A DNA stretch of 14,592 nt, taken from contig CAISYQ010000263.1 in assembly GCA_903889735.1 (NCBI GenBank), forward strand, positions 1 to 14,592, written 5' to 3'. Position 1 is the stretch's first letter. Each line of letters starts with the position of its first letter. Shown piece by piece: positions 12,433-14,592 of this stretch. The position numbers and the translations under genes are program-made. Origin of the DNA: an uncultured Methylibium sp. Its GTDB lineage: Bacteria; Pseudomonadota; Gammaproteobacteria; Burkholderiales; Burkholderiaceae_C. The notes beneath the pieces were generated by a model that saw only the letters and a list, made by a program, of their open reading frames with translations, made no database searches and was not told where the DNA came from.

Positions 12433-14592
12433 ATGCGAAGCCCACCCCTCGTCTTCATCGTCGACGATGTGCCCGACAACATCGCCGTGCTCGGCGAGAC
12501 CCTCGCACCAACCTGCGACGTGCAGTTCGCCACCTCCGGTGCCGAGGGCCTGGCGCTGATCGCCACCAGCCTGCCCGACCTGATCCTGCTCGACGTCATG
12601 ATGCCGGTGATGGACGGCTACCAGGTCTGTGCCGCGCTCAAGAGCAATCCGCTCACCCGGTCGATCCCGGTGATCTTCGTCACCGCCAAGAGCGACCCGG
12701 AGAGCGAGTCAGAGGCGCTGGCCGCGGGCGCCGTCGATTTCGTCCACAAGCCCATCAACCAGCAGGTCGTCAGGGCGCGCGTTCGAATGCAGCTGGATCT
12801 GCAGCAGCAGGCGGCCGATCTGCGCGGTCTCAACGCCGCGCTGGAGCAGAAGGTCGCGCAGCGCACCCAGGCCCTGAGCGAGGCCCTGCAGCATGCCGAG
12901 GACGCTTCGCGGGCCAAATCGGAGTTCCTCGCCAACGTCTCCCACGAGATCCGCACGCCAATGAACGCCATCATCGGCCTGGCCCACCTCACCCTCCAGA
13001 CCGACCTGAACCCGCGGCAGCGCGACTACCTGGGCCGGATCCAGGATTCCGGCCACCACCTGTTGGGCATCATCAACGACATCCTCGACCTCTCCAAGAT
13101 GCAGGCCGGCAAGATGCAGGTGGAGAGCGTGACCTTCCGGCTGGCGCAGGTGCTGGACAACGTCGTGGCCCAGGTGGCTGCGACGGCCGCGCACAAAGGC
13201 CTCGAGCTGCTGCTGAGCCTCGCCCCCGACCTGCCCTCCCAGCTGATGGGCGACCCACTCCGTCTCGGCCAGATCCTGATCAACCTGGCCAACAACGCGG
13301 TCAAGTTCACCGACCACGGCGAGGTGACGCTGCGGGTGGCCCGCGTCACCACCCCTGCCGACGATGAGGCCACCGGCACCGCGGGCAGCGGCAGCCTGCG
13401 GCTGGCGTTCTCGGTCAGCGACACGGGCATCGGGCTGACGCCAGAGCAATGCGGTCGGCTCTTCCGTGATTTCGAGCAGGCCGACACCTCCACCACCCGG
13501 CGCTATGGTGGCACCGGCCTGGGCCTTGCGATCACCGCCCGACTCGCGGCGCTGATGGGTGGTGAGGTCGGGGTGCAGAGCGAACCGGGCGTCGGCTCGA
13601 CCTTCTCGTTCTCGGCCTGGTTCGGTGCCCAGCCCATGGCAAGCGCCGCCGCCCCGGCCTTGCCGCCGGAATTGGCGGGCCGGCGCCTGCTGGTGACCGA
13701 CGACCACGCCGGCGCGCGCGCCGCCGCGGTGGAGATGCTGAACTCGCTGGGCTTCGCCGCTGCGGGGGTGTCCAGCGGGGCCGAGGCGCTGGCCGAGATC
13801 GCGCAGGCCGCTGTCGAGGGCCGACCCTATGCGGCTGTGGTCATCGACAGCCTGATGCCCGGCATGGACGGCATCACCACGGCCAGGGAACTGCGCCGCC
13901 TGCCGCTGGTGCAGCCCCCCGTCCTGCTGACCACCCTCTATGACGAGGAGGCCTTGGGCGACCCGGTGTTGTCCGCGACCATTGACGCGGTCCTGGCCAA
14001 GCCGCTCACCCCGGATGCGCTGGCCCGGGCTCTGCGCCGCCTGTTTCAGGCGGGCGATCGCGAAGCCCCTGCCAGGAACCCGCGCCCGCTCCAGGGGGAG
14101 GGGCTGCCGAGCCGCTTGAAAGGCGCACGCCTGCTGCTGGTCGAGGACAACGAGGTCAACCAGATGGTGGCCGCGGGCATGCTGCGCCTGGAGGGTTTCG
14201 TGGTCGATGTCGTCGGCAACGGCGCCGAGGCGCTCGAGCAGGTCGTGCAGAACGACTATGACGCGGTCCTGATGGACGTGCAGATGCCGGTGATGGACGG
14301 CCTGGAGGCCACCCGGGCGATCCGGCGGCTCTCCAAGGGCCTGCGGCTGCCCATCATCGCGCTCACGGCCAACGCCATGCTAGAAGACCGGCAGGTCTGT
14401 CTGGACGCCGGCATGAATGACTATGTGAGCAAGCCCATCGCACCCGATGCGCTGGCGCAGGTCCTGGGGCGTTGGCTCGAACCGCGGCCTGGAACGACGG
14501 TCAACGGCAGCGCAGTGTCCGCCTGCCTGCGGGAGATCGAGACCCTGCTCTCGGGCGGAGACATCCGCGTGCTCGACGTGATCGACGCCAAC
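12433..14592 (+). CDS. Soluble hybrid histidine kinase: REC - coiled coil - HisKA - HATPase_c - REC - REC - (3' end beyond right edge)
   Basis: Not in the ORF track because it has no stop. ATG 12433 opens 720 stop-free codons to the window end. The product starts [22 protein letters not shown]...[13 protein letters not shown] (D54). The coiled coil is [30 protein letters not shown]-box is [15 protein letters not shown] (H171). ATP-binding boxes are [30 protein letters not shown]2 is [12 protein letters not shown] (D472). REC3 is [12 protein letters not shown] (D615). No TM segment is present. Confidence 0.9.
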   Translation, partial: MRSPPLVFIVDDVPDNIAVLGETLAPTCDVQFATSGAEGLALIATSLPDLILLDVMMPVMDGYQVCAALKSNPLTRSIPVIFVTAKSDPESESEALAAGAVDFVHKPINQQVVRARVRMQLDLQQQAADLRGLNAALEQKVAQRTQALSEALQHAEDASRAKSEFLANVSHEIRTPMNAIIGLAHLTLQTDLNPRQRDYLGRIQDSGHHLLGIINDILDLSKMQAGKMQVESVTFRLAQVLDNVVAQVAATAAHKGLELLLSLAPDLPSQLMGDPLRLGQILINLANNAVKFTDHGEVTLRVARVTTPADDEATGTAGSGSLRLAFSVSDTGIGLTPEQCGRLFRDFEQADTSTTRRYGGTGLGLAITARLAALMGGEVGVQSEPGVGSTFSFSAWFGAQPMASAAAPALPPELAGRRLLVTDDHAGARAAAVEMLNSLGFAAAGVSSGAEALAEIAQAAVEGRPYAAVVIDSLMPGMDGITTARELRRLPLVQPPVLLTTLYDEEALGDPVLSATIDAVLAKPLTPDALARALRRLFQAGDREAPARNPRPLQGEGLPSRLKGARLLLVEDNEVNQMVAAGMLRLEGFVVDVVGNGAEALEQVVQNDYDAVLMDVQMPVMDGLEATRAIRRLSKGLRLPIIALTANAMLEDRQVCLDAGMNDYVSKPIAPDALAQVLGRWLEPRPGTTVNGSAVSACLREIETLLSGGDIRVLDVIDAN

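Noticed and set aside
12418-12435. The two kinase genes are in the same reading frame, separated only by TGA plus 4 codons. This raised the possibility of read-through, selenocysteine or a split gene.
   Set aside because: Same-frame adjacency occurs by chance one time in three. The second protein begins exactly where a stand-alone receiver domain normally begins ([12 protein letters not shown]). I saw no SECIS-like hairpin. I mention it only because the nearby G8 tract makes the region worth resequencing.
7900-13707. Long minus-strand ORFs 7900..9150, 8421..9119, 9277..10881, 10933..12003, 11103..11900, 11910..12599, 12709..13707
   Set aside because: These are antisense shadows of the ADH, SBP and kinase genes. 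The plus-strand frames carry unmistakable domain motifs and these do not.
1-14592. Search for CRISPR repeats, tRNA/rRNA, IS inverted repeats, integrase or transposase genes and toxin-antitoxin-sized gene pairs
   Set aside because: I recognised none by eye. There are no regularly spaced direct repeats, no cloverleaf-like segments in the intergenic gaps, and no recombinase-like translations.

Overview
High-GC proteobacterial DNA; Betaproteobacteria/Burkholderiales is only a guess. The window has two blocks. Block 1 (minus strand, 6838 down to 1 and beyond) is a tightly coupled seven-gene operon. It encodes a divergent copper membrane monooxygenase (pmoC-pmoA-pmoB order). Downstream follow a secreted, C-terminally anchored PmoD/AmoD-like protein, a lipoprotein esterase of the PHB-depolymerase family, CopC, and a CopD::cytochrome c fusion. 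The fusion is absent from the supplied ORF track because it runs off the left edge; I translated it by hand. All PmoB and PmoC copper-ligand residues that I can check are present. Many other conserved blocks differ from both methanotroph pMMO and nitrifier AMO. No methanol- or hydroxylamine-oxidation gene is in the window. This suggests an orphan-clade CuMMO of unknown substrate, possibly short-chain hydrocarbons. Upstream of pmoC lie a 262-nt structured leader and a hotdog-thioesterase::GNAT fusion gene. Block 2 (plus strand) holds a 4-hydroxybutyrate-dehydrogenase-like iron alcohol dehydrogenase, a ModA-like periplasmic binding protein, a membrane hybrid histidine kinase, and a soluble REC-HK-REC-REC hybrid kinase that runs off the right edge. 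I saw no tRNA/rRNA, CRISPR array, IS element or integrase. Most other ORFs in the track are antisense or out-of-frame shadows typical of ~70% GC DNA. All homology calls rest on motif recognition by eye, not on searches.
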